This document shows, in pieces, positions 10,155-20,343 of a stretch of 64,000 nucleotides of DNA (positions within the stretch are counted from its first letter, which is position 1; the number at the start of each line of letters is the position of its first letter). Under the pieces are notes generated by a model, which was not told the DNA's origin, ran no database searches, and saw only the letters and a program-made list of their open reading frames with translations. The DNA is from Candidatus Latescibacterota bacterium (GTDB taxonomy: Bacteria; Latescibacterota; UBA2968), in contig OZ240241.1 of the NCBI GenBank assembly GCA_965198115.1, forward strand, positions 2,720,001-2,784,000, written 5' to 3'. A program made the translations under genes and the position numbers.

Positions 10155-10183
10155 CCCTTCGACTACGCTCAGGATAAACTCCG
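10155..10183 (+). repeat. Dispersed intergenic repeat, copy 1
   Basis: CCCTTCGACTACGCTCAGGATAAACTCCG, 25/29 identical to 28812-28840. Confidence 0.6.
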
Positions 10184-10366
10184 CCCGCTAGAGCGGGCCA
10201 GCTCAACCCATCATCGACAACGGAAACCCACCCGCCTCCCCGTGTCCGTGAAGTGGTTTCCCTCTGAGATGGTCTCCGCAGTGAAAAGTTTGATTTTCTC
10301 TCCCTCGCGGATAGATTCAAGATCATCGCTCTCCCATCGTCATTGACGTGTGATGAAGGAGGCCGA

Positions 10367-11227
10367 ATGGCCGCGAAGTTGCTCGAAGGCAAGCCTGTCG
10401 CAGACGCCGTGTTGGCGGACGTGAAGGAGCGTATCGAAAAGCTCGCCGAACGGGGTATCGTACCGGGCCTTGGCACCATCCTCGTGGGAGATGACGGGGC
10501 GAGCGCCAGCTATGTGCGGAAGAAGCACGAAACTTGCGAGGCCGTCGGAATGCGTTCGCACCACATCGGAGTCGGTGCGGGTGACTCGCAGGCTGATCTG
10601 ATCGCGGCCGTCGAAAATTTCAACACCGATCCCGACGTCGATGCCTACCTCATCCAATGGCCCGTGCCGGATGGGTTCGACTTCAACGCCGCTCTCGCGG
10701 CAATGGATCCGGACAAGGATGCCGATGGCCTGCATCCGACGAATCTGGGTAAGCTCGTTCTGCAAGAGCCCGGCCCCTTACCCTGCACACCAGCGGGCAT
10801 CCAGGCGATGTTCGTTCACTATAGGATCGACATTGCCGGCAAGGAAGTCGTCGTCGTCGGCCGCGGCCCCACGCTCGGCCGCCCCCTCTCGCTCCTGCTC
10901 ACACGAAAGATGGAGGGTGCGAACGCGGCTGTGACCGTCGTTCACACCGGGGTCTCAGACGTTTCAGCCTACACCCGTCGGGCTGACATCGTCGTCGCCG
11001 CAGCCGGTGTCTCCAACTTCGTCAAACCAGATATGATCAAACCCGGTGCCGTCGTCGTCAGTGGAGGCATTTCCTGGGAAGGCAAGAGGCTGCTGGCCGA
11101 CGTGGATGAATCGGTCGGCGACGTGGCGGGCTGGATCACCCCTAGACTCGGCGGCGTGGGGCCGACCACCGTGGCGATGCTGCTCCGAAATACGGTCGAG
11201 GCAGCGGAGAGAAGAGCCGAGCGGTAA
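10367..11227 (+). CDS. folD: Bifunctional methylene-THF dehydrogenase/cyclohydrolase
   Basis: YVRKK, KDADGLHP, PCTPAG and GGVGPTT motifs. SD AAGGAGG. Confidence 0.95.
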   Translation: MAAKLLEGKPVADAVLADVKERIEKLAERGIVPGLGTILVGDDGASASYVRKKHETCEAVGMRSHHIGVGAGDSQADLIAAVENFNTDPDVDAYLIQWPVPDGFDFNAALAAMDPDKDADGLHPTNLGKLVLQEPGPLPCTPAGIQAMFVHYRIDIAGKEVVVVGRGPTLGRPLSLLLTRKMEGANAAVTVVHTGVSDVSAYTRRADIVVAAAGVSNFVKPDMIKPGAVVVSGGISWEGKRLLADVDESVGDVAGWITPRLGGVGPTTVAMLLRNTVEAAERRAER

Positions 11228-11255
11228 AACCATAACCTTTATCGAGGATCGTCGA

Positions 11256-12371
11256 ATGACCATCAAAGAACTCGACCTGTTTCCAGTCGGAACGCGGCGC
11301 GAGAACGGGACGCTCTCGCCGCACATCATTGTCAGGCTCGTCTCCGATGACGGAATCGTCGGCGCGGGGGAGATGTCCGATCTTGGTCACTTGCCGGTCA
11401 AACCCGACGTCGATCATCTCGAGTATTTACTACGCAAAGCATTGATCGGGGTCGACCCGTCGGACCCTACCGCCATCGATCCGATCGTCGACGGCAACCA
11501 GCCTCGCCTCGGGACGGGCATCGACATTGCCATTCACGACCTGCGGGCAAAGCACCTCGGCATCCCCATCCACGACCTCTACGGCGGGGCCTACCGCGAT
11601 CGCTACAAGATCTGCTATCCCATCTTCCGCCAGTTAGACGAAGCCGCCATTCCCCGGGAAATCGACCGTGTCGGTCGGATGCTCGAACAGGGCTTCGACC
11701 TCTTTCGCTTCTACGTGGGCGGGAACATCGACATCGACGATCGGATCCTCAAGGGGTGTCGCGAACGATACGGCGACCGCTTCAGCGTGAAGTCCCTCGA
11801 CTTCAGCCGTCGTCTGGACTGGAAGTCCTGTGTCGCGGCCGTGGAAGCTCTCGAGTGGGTCGAGCCGATGCTCGTCGAGAGCCCGGCGCCCGACATCCCT
11901 GGAAAGAGAAAGGCCCGCGAACGAATTCGCTTCCCCATCAGCGAACACGTCACCGACGAAGCCCAGGCCATCGCCTTTGCCGACGGCGAAGCGGTCGACA
12001 TCTTCAACATCACCACCCATTGGCTGGGTATCAAACGATCGCGCCAGATCTTTGCCCTCGCCCAGGCAACCGGCTTGGCCACGCTCATCGGTACGACGCA
12101 GGAGCTCTCGATCGGCACCTCGGCGCAAGCTCACCTCGGCGCGTCCGTTCCCAATCTCGATTACCCCGGTGACGCAGCCGGCGCGCAGCTCTATCTGGAC
12201 GATGTCGTGAAGCATCGTGTCCAGTACGAAAACGGCCATCTCCTCGTTCCCGAGGGACCCGGACTCGGGATGGAGCTCGACGAGGATCAGCTCGAAAAAC
12301 TGGGTGATCGGCAGTGGGGATTCGTGCAGGAGTTGCCGCTACAGCGACAGGAAGACCGAGGCAAAAGTTAA
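11256..12371 (+). CDS. Enolase-superfamily dehydratase, galactarate dehydratase-II (D-threo-forming)-like
   Basis: R-x-Y motif (FRFYVG) plus GEMSD, CYPIFR, KSLDFS, ESPAP, ISEH and GTTQELS, as recalled for Oceanobacillus GalrD-II. Confidence 0.8.
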   Translation: MTIKELDLFPVGTRRENGTLSPHIIVRLVSDDGIVGAGEMSDLGHLPVKPDVDHLEYLLRKALIGVDPSDPTAIDPIVDGNQPRLGTGIDIAIHDLRAKHLGIPIHDLYGGAYRDRYKICYPIFRQLDEAAIPREIDRVGRMLEQGFDLFRFYVGGNIDIDDRILKGCRERYGDRFSVKSLDFSRRLDWKSCVAAVEALEWVEPMLVESPAPDIPGKRKARERIRFPISEHVTDEAQAIAFADGEAVDIFNITTHWLGIKRSRQIFALAQATGLATLIGTTQELSIGTSAQAHLGASVPNLDYPGDAAGAQLYLDDVVKHRVQYENGHLLVPEGPGLGMELDEDQLEKLGDRQWGFVQELPLQRQEDRGKS

Positions 12372-12412
12372 AATGCAAAAGATAAGTTTTGGTGTCGTGA
12401 ATAATTCGATTG

Positions 12413-12438
12413 AAAAAGTGGCCCCGGGGCCACTTTTT
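12413..12438. terminator. Putative bidirectional intrinsic terminator
   Basis: Perfect 26-bp palindrome AAAAAGTGGCCCCGGGGCCACTTTTT between convergent genes. Confidence 0.6.
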
Positions 12439-12530
12439 AAGTACCTATAAATACAACAGATATAAATTCGAGGTCGGACCATTTGGTGGCCTGCTTTACC
12501 CCAATTTCCATTCTCCATTTTACATTCTTA

Positions 12531-13310
12531 TTAGCCTGCCGCCATCGCCACCAGACTCCTGCCCGCAATCAGTTGTACTCCTGTAATGAGCAGGACCGTG
12601 TAGACGATCCGGTTGAACCACACCTCCGGAAAGCGCGTATTCAGAAAGATTCCGAGTCTAACGCCCGCATAGCACAAGGGCGCGAGGATCGCGATCGTCG
12701 ACAGGTGGTCGAACCTCAACAGACCCATCCCGACGTAAGGGATCAGCTTGCCCTGGTTGAGACACGCGAAGAAAATCACGGTCGTACCTACGTAGATGTG
12801 GCGGGGCAGCTTCTGGGGAAGCAGATAGATCGTCGCAGGCGGGCCCCCTGCGTGGGCCAGCGTCGACGTGAAAGCCGACACCGCTCCCATTATCACGCCC
12901 TCCGTAACACCCGGGTGCCGCTTCTCGATCAACCCGAGGAAGAGAACCCTGATCACCTGAAAAACGACGAACAGAACGGCCAGAATCCCCAGACCGATCT
13001 GAAGCATCCGTTCGTTCGTGGCGAAATAGCTGAAAAACGCCGCTCCCATCGCGATCCCGAAAATCGCTCCCGGCAGAAGGTGAGAAACACTGCGTCGGTC
13101 GAACGACCTTCGGTAGTGCAGAACCGCAAACACGTCGCACGTGATCAGAATCGGCAGCATCAAGGCTGCCGCATCGGTTACGGGAATGACAAGTGCCAAC
13201 AGCGGCGTCGCGATCACACCGACCCCACCGCCAAATCCGGCTTTCGCGATCCCTACTGATATCACAGAAACGACAGCGAGCACCCAGAAAACATCAGGAT
13301 AGTCCGGCAC
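12531..13310 (-). CDS. TauE/SafE-family sulfite exporter membrane protein
   Basis: KAGFGGG and STLAHAGGPP motifs. About 8 TM helices. Confidence 0.88.
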   Translation of the reverse strand: MPDYPDVFWVLAVVSVISVGIAKAGFGGGVGVIATPLLALVIPVTDAAALMLPILITCDVFAVLHYRRSFDRRSVSHLLPGAIFGIAMGAAFFSYFATNERMLQIGLGILAVLFVVFQVIRVLFLGLIEKRHPGVTEGVIMGAVSAFTSTLAHAGGPPATIYLLPQKLPRHIYVGTTVIFFACLNQGKLIPYVGMGLLRFDHLSTIAILAPLCYAGVRLGIFLNTRFPEVWFNRIVYTVLLITGVQLIAGRSLVAMAAG

Positions 13311-13388
13311 TTCCCCTCCGCTGGATCGTTAAAGACTTGCGATCAACATAGATCCTGCCACGATCTGAGGCAATCAGAAGCCGTAACA

Positions 13389-13417
13389 TTGACTCCCCCG
13401 GACGGACCGCCTATCAT
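13389..13417 (+). promoter_or_regulatory. Putative sigma-70 promoter
   Basis: TTGACT-17 bp-TATCAT upstream of the 13481 gene. Confidence 0.55.
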
Positions 13418-13480
13418 TGCCAACCGGCACTGATCAACACCTTACTTGACGGCCACTAGCCGGATAGGAGAAGCACGACG

Positions 13481-14812
13481 ATGCGCAAGATTCACCGGCT
13501 GTTTTGGGTGCTGGTTCCCATTTTCATATCTGCTTCCACCACGCACGCACAGACCGATGTCGAACGGGCCGACTTCGACGGCAACGGCATCGTGGACTTC
13601 GGTGACTTCCTGACGTTTGCCGCCGGCTTCGGTGCAGCCACTGGGGAAGAGGCATTCGATGCGACCCTCGATCTCAATGCATCGGGTCAGATCGACTTCG
13701 CCGATTTCCTCGTGTTCGCTGGCGCGTTCGGCGACTCGACTGCGCCACCTACGACCACATTCGTCTACATCGCCGACACGGCCGCGGGGGAAGTGAAGGC
13801 GTTCGATACATCGACGAATTTTCAGGATCCTGCTCGACGGCTCGTCGCCCATACACCTCAGGACGTCTTCTTTTCCGGCTTACAGCAGCGCTTTTTCGTT
13901 TCCTCGCTCGACACCTTTTATGCGTTCGACAATTCAGGCACTCTCACCTACGCAACGCCACTGACCGAAGTGTCGGACCTCGGGTTCGTCGTCTCGCGTG
14001 GCGGCTCGAAGATGGCCGTCAGCCCTGACCACTCGAAGGCCTACCTCTCCGAAGCGTTCGGACCGGTTGTCGAGATCATCAATCTCGTGGATGGCCAGAG
14101 CGAAGGTTTCATCGACGTGGCCGCAAACCCCCATGGAATCCAGATCAACGCGGCGGGCACCCGCCTGTTTATCGGTCACGGTGGCGCAAACGTGAGCCCG
14201 ACGATCGCCCCGATAACCGTCATTGACACGAATACCCGAACCGTCATCGACACCTTTTCTGTCGGCAACAACGGCGTGAATCGATTGGCCGTCAGCCCGA
14301 TCGATGGAACACTCTACACGAACAACGCCACCGGCGGAACGATCCTCGCGATCGATCCCTCATCCGGCGCCATCCTTCAAAGTGTAGATGTTGCAGGAGT
14401 CGATGACCTCTCTGTCCAGATTCTCGATGTCGGCGTGGCACCCGACGGCCAGCTCGTTTACTACACCGTGTCGCGAATCATCTCGGTCTTCGATCAGCAA
14501 GGCAACACCGACCTCGCGTTCATCGGAGGTCTCGGCATTGTCGAAGCTACCACGTTCGAACGCGTGGACGAGGTGCAGCTCGGTGAGGTAATGGCAAACG
14601 TCGGCATCACACCCGACGGATCCACGGCCTACGTCAGCGGGAGCGACAACCTCGAAGAAGTGCCCCCCAGCATCAAGATCTTCATCGTCGATCTCGACAC
14701 CCGCGAGGCGGCGGGAACCCTTCAGGGATTCGAGCTGCCCTCCGACATCTCCTTTGCTCCCGAAAAACCGGTCCTGAAGGCTGTCGCTTGGCCCGACGTC
14801 AGGATATTTTGA
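13481..14812 (+). CDS. Secreted protein with dockerin/EF-hand-like pair and YVTN-type beta-propeller
   Basis: Signal peptide ending THA-Q. DFDGNGIVDFGDF and DLNASGQIDFADF. Repeated 'VSPD..LY' blades. Confidence 0.8.
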   Translation: MRKIHRLFWVLVPIFISASTTHAQTDVERADFDGNGIVDFGDFLTFAAGFGAATGEEAFDATLDLNASGQIDFADFLVFAGAFGDSTAPPTTTFVYIADTAAGEVKAFDTSTNFQDPARRLVAHTPQDVFFSGLQQRFFVSSLDTFYAFDNSGTLTYATPLTEVSDLGFVVSRGGSKMAVSPDHSKAYLSEAFGPVVEIINLVDGQSEGFIDVAANPHGIQINAAGTRLFIGHGGANVSPTIAPITVIDTNTRTVIDTFSVGNNGVNRLAVSPIDGTLYTNNATGGTILAIDPSSGAILQSVDVAGVDDLSVQILDVGVAPDGQLVYYTVSRIISVFDQQGNTDLAFIGGLGIVEATTFERVDEVQLGEVMANVGITPDGSTAYVSGSDNLEEVPPSIKIFIVDLDTREAAGTLQGFELPSDISFAPEKPVLKAVAWPDVRIF

Positions 14813-14948
14813 CGGACCGGATCGCCATCGACCCAGCCTCGGTTCCCTGCAAATCGTTTGCGATGAACCGCCCGCTGCCGTAGATTTCAACAGACAAGCC
14901 CGAGCCTGCCTCCCCTAACGAGTTAACTTTCCGTAAATAGGGGTACTT

Positions 14949-16016
14949 ATGATCGCATCTCTGCTTCTCGAGCCGGGGCGTCTGGAGTTGCGAGACGTCG
15001 AGATACCCGAACCCGGGACCGGCGAAGTGGTCGTCAGGGTGCGAACCGCCCTCACCTGCGGCACCGACCTCAAGGCCTTCCGCCGCGGTCACCCGAAAAT
15101 GAAGATTCCCGGACCCTTCGGCCACGAGTTCGCCGGGGATGTCTACGCGGTCGGCAAGGGGGTGACCAAGTTCAAGCCTGGCGACAAGATCATGACTGCG
15201 CCCTCCGCGCCCTGCGGGGAGTGCGTCTACTGCACCAAGGGCCAGGAGAATCTCTGTAGGACCACGATGGACACGATGGTCTGGGGCGCATTCGCCGAAT
15301 ACGTCTGCATGCCTGCCCACATCGTGGACAACAATATGTACTTGAAGCCTGACCATCTGTCCTACGAGGAGGCCGCGATGTTGGAGCCTCTTTCCTGCGT
15401 GGTCTACGGAATGGATCAGGTCGACGTCCGGCCGGACGACACCATCCTCATCATCGGTGCAGGAGCGATCGGCTTGCTGCACGTGATGGTCGCCCGGGCG
15501 CTCGGCGCCGAACGGGTCATCGTCGCCGGGAAGCGCGAGAATCGTCTCAAGCTGGCCTGGGCCGTCGGCGCCGATGCCGTCATCGACGCAGAAACCGAAA
15601 ACACCTTCGAGCGGGTCAAGGAACTCACTCAGGGGCTGGGCGCCGATGTCGTCATCGAGTGCACCGGGCAACTCGCCGTCTGGGAAGAGACGCCCGATCT
15701 CGTCCGTCCGGGTGGCACGGCCATCCTCTTCGGCGGACTCCCGATCGGCACGCGCGCAACCTTCGACACCGCACGCCTCCACTACGACCAGATCACGCTC
15801 AAGGGCGTCTTCCACTACACGCGAAGCGCGGTGAAGAAAGCCTACAACCTGCTGGCGGACAAAAAGATCACGGTTAGCGGTCTCATCTCCGGCACCTATT
15901 CGCTCCGGGATCTGAAACACGTGTTCGACAACCTGCTCCAGAAGGGCGGTGGCATCAAATTCGCCATCCTTCCGAGCGAACCCGAAACCGAAACCGGAAA
16001 GGTCGCTCAGGCCTGA
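14949..16016 (+). CDS. Zn-dependent alcohol/polyol dehydrogenase (MDR family)
   Basis: CGTD, GHE, structural Zn CGECVYC...C and GAGAIG motifs. Confidence 0.9.
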   Translation: MIASLLLEPGRLELRDVEIPEPGTGEVVVRVRTALTCGTDLKAFRRGHPKMKIPGPFGHEFAGDVYAVGKGVTKFKPGDKIMTAPSAPCGECVYCTKGQENLCRTTMDTMVWGAFAEYVCMPAHIVDNNMYLKPDHLSYEEAAMLEPLSCVVYGMDQVDVRPDDTILIIGAGAIGLLHVMVARALGAERVIVAGKRENRLKLAWAVGADAVIDAETENTFERVKELTQGLGADVVIECTGQLAVWEETPDLVRPGGTAILFGGLPIGTRATFDTARLHYDQITLKGVFHYTRSAVKKAYNLLADKKITVSGLISGTYSLRDLKHVFDNLLQKGGGIKFAILPSEPETETGKVAQA

Positions 16017-16039
16017 TCGATCGCGACACAAAGCAACCT

Positions 16040-17089
16040 CTGATTCCGTCCCTCACGCGCGTCGCCCGGATCTACGATCTGGGCGACGTTCGCATTGAAG
16101 AGCAACCCACGCCCCGGCTCCAGCATGGAGACGCGCTCGTGCGAATGGCCGTGTGCGGCATCTGCACGAGCGACACGCTACCCTGGTACGTTCGGCGTAA
16201 AGCTCCGGCCGTCCTCGGCCACGAACCCACTGGCACGATCGTCCAGACCGACTCCGACCTCTTCTCCGTGGGCGATCGGATTTTCATCCACCACCACGCG
16301 CCCTGTCTATCCTGTCGTCACTGTGAACGCCAAGAGTATTCCTTGTGCGCTCAGTGGCGAGCATCCGCCATCGATCCCGGAGGATTAGCCGAGTACGTCC
16401 GCGTGCCTGCCCACAACCTCGCGAACGACTGCTTCCGTTTGCCGGAGGCGATGTCTTTCGAAGACGGCGCGCTCATCGAGCCCGTCGCCTGCGCCGTCCA
16501 GGCGCTCAAGCGAAAATCGCGGATGCGATCGGGCGATCGCGTCCTCATCCTCGGTGCGGGAATGATGGGCCAGATCCTGATACGCGTGGCTCGGCACTAC
16601 GGCGCATCCATCCTGATGACGGCCGACCGCGTGCCTTACCGGCTGGGCAAAGCCGTCGAGATGGGCGCCGACCTGGCCGTCGACGTATCCAAAGACGATC
16701 TGGCCAAGGCCGTCAGGAAAGCCACGGACGGCGACGGGGCCGATCTCGTCGTCGTCTGTCCCGGCTCGATCGCGGCGATGACCTCCGGAATCGATTGCGT
16801 CGGGGCCGGCGGAACCGTCTGTCTCTTCACGCCCTCAGAGTCTCACGAGTCGCTATCGATCAACCCCTACGAATTCTGGTTCAACCACGTCACGCTCACC
16901 ACCAGCTATTCGTGCGGACCACCCGACACAGGCGAAGCCGCCGATCTCATCTCCCAAGGCGCTGTCACCGCCGACCAGATCGTCACTCACCGGTATCCTC
17001 TCGACCAGGCCGCGGACGGGTTTAAAACCGTGTCAGCAGCGGGCGAAAGCATCAAGACCCTCATCATCATCGACCCCACCCGTGGGTGA
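16040..17089 (+). CDS. Zn-dependent alcohol/polyol dehydrogenase (MDR family), start uncertain
   Basis: GICTSD, GHE, CLSCRHC and GAGMMG motifs. Homology (ARIYDLGDVRIEE) extends upstream of the GTG at 16139. Confidence 0.85.
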   Translation: MIPSLTRVARIYDLGDVRIEEQPTPRLQHGDALVRMAVCGICTSDTLPWYVRRKAPAVLGHEPTGTIVQTDSDLFSVGDRIFIHHHAPCLSCRHCERQEYSLCAQWRASAIDPGGLAEYVRVPAHNLANDCFRLPEAMSFEDGALIEPVACAVQALKRKSRMRSGDRVLILGAGMMGQILIRVARHYGASILMTADRVPYRLGKAVEMGADLAVDVSKDDLAKAVRKATDGDGADLVVVCPGSIAAMTSGIDCVGAGGTVCLFTPSESHESLSINPYEFWFNHVTLTTSYSCGPPDTGEAADLISQGAVTADQIVTHRYPLDQAADGFKTVSAAGESIKTLIIIDPTRG

Positions 17090-17212
17090 AATCACCCTAC
17101 CGCATAATCGATTGCCCCTCCTTATCTACGTAACTATCTTCAGGCACTGAACTTGAGCGGCTTGTAGCCTTCCTGACAGCAACCCGACTCTGACAGCAGA
17201 AACCCGACCCCT

Positions 17213-18238
17213 GTGCCAGATTCCCCCGACCAGGCAGGATCGACAGTCCTTGGCCAGAGCGCCGCCATTCGGAGGGTGTTCGAACTGGTCGCCCGTGTCG
17301 CGGAAACCCCCGCCACCGTTCTGCTCACCGGAGAGAGCGGCACGGGCAAGGAACTGATCGCGCGGGAAATCCATCGGACGGGTGCCGAAACGGGCGCCCC
17401 GTTCGTGCTCGTGAACTGTGCGGCGATCCCCGGGGCCTTGCTGGAGGCCGAGCTTTTCGGCTACGAGCGTGGCGCATTTACGGACGCCAAGATCAGCAAA
17501 ATGGGCCTCCTGGAGCTGGGCGAAGGGGGAACCGTCCTGCTCGACGAAGTCGGCCTGATGCCCCTCGACCTCCAGGCCAAGCTACTCAGCGTCCTGGAAA
17601 GCAGGCGCTTCCGGAGAGTGGGCGGCACCGCGGAGATCGACCTCGGGACGCGGTTCATTGCCGCCAGCAACGCGGATCTCGACCTGGCCGTCCAGGAAAA
17701 CCGGTTTCGTCTGGACCTCCTCTACCGGCTCAACGTCTTTCCGATTCCGTTGCCACCTCTCCGCGACCGAGACGACGACGCCCTCCTCATCGCCCGACAC
17801 TTCCTCGACACCTACAGTGAGCGCTACGACCGCGGATCCCTCGAGCTGAGTCCGGGTGCAGAGCGGTGGCTCCTCGGCTACGACTGGCCCGGCAACGTAC
17901 GCGAACTCCGGAACGTCGTTGAACGGGCCGTGCTGCTTGCCCGATCACAGCTGATCCAGACCGAAGACCTCGCAGTCGGAAAAGAGGAAACCGACCTGGC
18001 GATGGATCAGCGAGGTGGCCTGTCGGTCACCGGGATCGGAGAAATTCATATCGAATTTCCGCCCTGGGGCATCGCCCTGGAAGACGTTGAAAAACGCTTG
18101 ATCGAAGCCGCCCTCGAGACGACCAGGGGTAAGGTTTCCAGAGCCGCCCAATTGCTCCGAGTATCCCGGGATACTCTGCGTTATAGAATTCGGAAGTACG
18201 GTATTACCTCGCCTCATCCTCCCGATCAATCAGCGTGA
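17213..18238 (+). CDS. Sigma-54-dependent activator (AAA+ plus Fis HTH), no N-terminal sensor domain
   Basis: GESGTGKE, ELFG.ERGAFTDA, LLDEV, FRLDLLYRL and WPGNVREL motifs, C-terminal HTH. The AAA+ domain starts about 12 aa from the N-terminus. Confidence 0.92.
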   Translation: MPDSPDQAGSTVLGQSAAIRRVFELVARVAETPATVLLTGESGTGKELIAREIHRTGAETGAPFVLVNCAAIPGALLEAELFGYERGAFTDAKISKMGLLELGEGGTVLLDEVGLMPLDLQAKLLSVLESRRFRRVGGTAEIDLGTRFIAASNADLDLAVQENRFRLDLLYRLNVFPIPLPPLRDRDDDALLIARHFLDTYSERYDRGSLELSPGAERWLLGYDWPGNVRELRNVVERAVLLARSQLIQTEDLAVGKEETDLAMDQRGGLSVTGIGEIHIEFPPWGIALEDVEKRLIEAALETTRGKVSRAAQLLRVSRDTLRYRIRKYGITSPHPPDQSA

Positions 18239-18340
18239 TATGCCCCAAATGGGTCAAATCGCCCGATCCTTCGGCATCCCGCTTGGCTTTGCGATTTTCT
18301 ATCTGACATAGATTCAATCCTTTATGGGCGCAACGTAGAT

Positions 18341-18355
18341 CGGCACGAGAGTTGC
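18341..18355 (+). promoter_or_regulatory. Sigma-54 (-24/-12) promoter
   Basis: CGGCACGAGAGTTGC, i.e. GG-N10-GC with CAC and TTGC consensus, directly downstream of a sigma-54 activator. Confidence 0.8.
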
Positions 18356-18726
18356 GTGAACAGACCATGCAGAGGTAATGCAAGCCCCAAACAGGAGGTC
18401 ACCGTGACACACCACGCTGCTCCCCACAGACCAGCGCCAAGTCGACCGCGCAGTCTACTTCTCCTATCTCTCTTCGCGGTCCTTCTTGGAGCATGTACTA
18501 CTCGCGACTCGGTGCTCGACAGTCGCTTCGAACTCGACACGGAAGATCCAGTCGAGGCGTTCGCACGTCTCCCCCAAGCGCCGGACCATCCGATCGGCAT
18601 CCCCAGCAACGGTGTCGTCACGCTCTCTCCCCTGTCTGCGCTGAAGAAGTGGGCAGGGCATCCAAGGGTCATCGAGAAGCACATCAGTGCCTCTCGCGGT
18701 GGCAATCTGTTTGCCTCGATAGGGTA

Positions 18727-18843
18727 CGATGGGGACGACGACGATGATGACGACGGGGACGACGACGAGGGAGACGACGAGGGAGACGACGAGGGAGACG
18801 ACGACGATGATGACGACGGGGACGACGATGGAGATAATGACGG
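18727..18843 (+). repeat. Coding low-complexity repeat (poly-Asp/Gly, includes GAGGGAGACGAC x3)
   Basis: Encodes DGDDDDDDDGDDDEGDDEGDDEGDDDDDDDGDDDGDND. Confidence 0.85.
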
Positions 18844-18923
18844 GGCGAGCGCGAGTGCGAATCGTGCTCGATGGTGGGAGAAGTTCGACCCGGAGGATGG
18901 CGACGAAACTTATGTCAACTTTT

Positions 18924-20343
18924 GGCTCTATCCGGGTTTCTCAACGGTGAAACTATAGAATGACAAGGTCATAGATCGTTCCCTACGCTTGGTTGTGTGT
19001 GTAGGACAATCAAAGCGAAGGGGGTGCGACCTATGACCGGGAGCAGATTACTATCGAAACTGCTGAGATTCAAGGGGTTCCGTGTTGTCAGCTGGTGGTT
19101 TGAGGGGAGAAGCTGTTTCGTCATCGCCGTAAAGCCACATAAGAATGGTTGTTGTTGTCCGGAGTGCGGCCGTCGAGGTAAAATCGTCCGCACAATGCCC
19201 CATCCGCGTCGGTGGCGTGACATTCCGGTGTGCGGGTGGAGGGTCTGGCTTCTCTACCATCCTCGGGAGATTCGGTGTCCTACCCACGGTCGTGTGGTCG
19301 AGGAGATTCCGTGGGCGGAGCGGTTCTCTCGGGTGACGTATCGCTTCGAGTATGCCATGCTGCGCTACTGCCAGACCATGACGCAGAAGGCGGCGTCCGA
19401 GTTACTGCGCATCTCTGCCTCGACGCTGTCGGATCTCCTTCACCGATCCATCACGCGGCTTCGTGAAGGTCATCGTATCCGAGGGCTCAAAACCATCGGG
19501 ATCGACGAGATCTCCTACGCCAAGCGTCACAGGTACGCCACGCTCGTTTACGATCTGGACCGCTCCTGCGTGGTGTGGGTTGGCCGCGGCAGGGCGCGTA
19601 AAACGATCGATCGGTTCTTCACAGAGGCTCTCAGTCCCTACCGGAGATCCAAGATCGAGTGGGCCTGCTGCGACATGAGCGAAGCTTACATCGGAGCCAT
19701 CCAGGAACACTGTCCGAATGCCAAGCTGGTCCTCGATCGCTTTCACATCGTCAAGGCTCTCAATGCCGCCGTTGACGAGGTCCGTAAGGACCAGTGGCGT
19801 AAAGCTGCCCCGGATGAGCGCAAAGCCATGAAGGGCCTCCGATGGCTCCTCTACCGGCACTCAGCGACACGCTCCAGAGGGGATACTCGGACACTCAAAG
19901 CACTGGAGAAGGCGAACTACCGAATCTATAGAGCCTGGAGACTCAAGGACGAGTTCGAGCAGTTCTGGGAATACAAAGCGCCCTGGGCTGCCGAACGCTT
20001 CCTGAAATGCTGGACGACGTCCGCACTCAGAAGTCGACTTGAACCCCTGCGAAAGTTCGTCAGGACCCTGCGACAGCACTTCTTCGGCGTCCTCGCATTC
20101 GTGAACACGCGTCTTACCAACGCCATCGCCGAAGGCCTCAACCGAATCGTCCAAATCGTCAAGAACCGAGCCAGCGGATTCCGCACACTCGACGCATTCA
20201 ACGATATGATCTTCCTTACCGTCGGAGACATAAACATCCCTGAGCAGATTCCGAAGAGGTTCCGCACACGCTAACCGCGCCCCCATGCCAGGAACCACGG
20301 CACCTTCACCCACTTCATCTCGTTGAGAGATCCGGATATAGCC
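18924..20343 (+). mobile_element. ISL3-family IS, copy 1 (1420 bp)
   Basis: 23-bp IRs (20/23 match; GGCTCT...ATAGCC) and 8-bp TSD CAACTTTT. Confidence 0.96.
18997..20274 (+). CDS. ISL3 transposase (probable true start ATG at 19033)
   Basis: Zinc finger CPECG, GIDEIS, CDMS, DRFH and EGLN motifs. Confidence 0.95.
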   Translation: MCRTIKAKGVRPMTGSRLLSKLLRFKGFRVVSWWFEGRSCFVIAVKPHKNGCCCPECGRRGKIVRTMPHPRRWRDIPVCGWRVWLLYHPREIRCPTHGRVVEEIPWAERFSRVTYRFEYAMLRYCQTMTQKAASELLRISASTLSDLLHRSITRLREGHRIRGLKTIGIDEISYAKRHRYATLVYDLDRSCVVWVGRGRARKTIDRFFTEALSPYRRSKIEWACCDMSEAYIGAIQEHCPNAKLVLDRFHIVKALNAAVDEVRKDQWRKAAPDERKAMKGLRWLLYRHSATRSRGDTRTLKALEKANYRIYRAWRLKDEFEQFWEYKAPWAAERFLKCWTTSALRSRLEPLRKFVRTLRQHFFGVLAFVNTRLTNAIAEGLNRIVQIVKNRASGFRTLDAFNDMIFLTVGDINIPEQIPKRFRTR

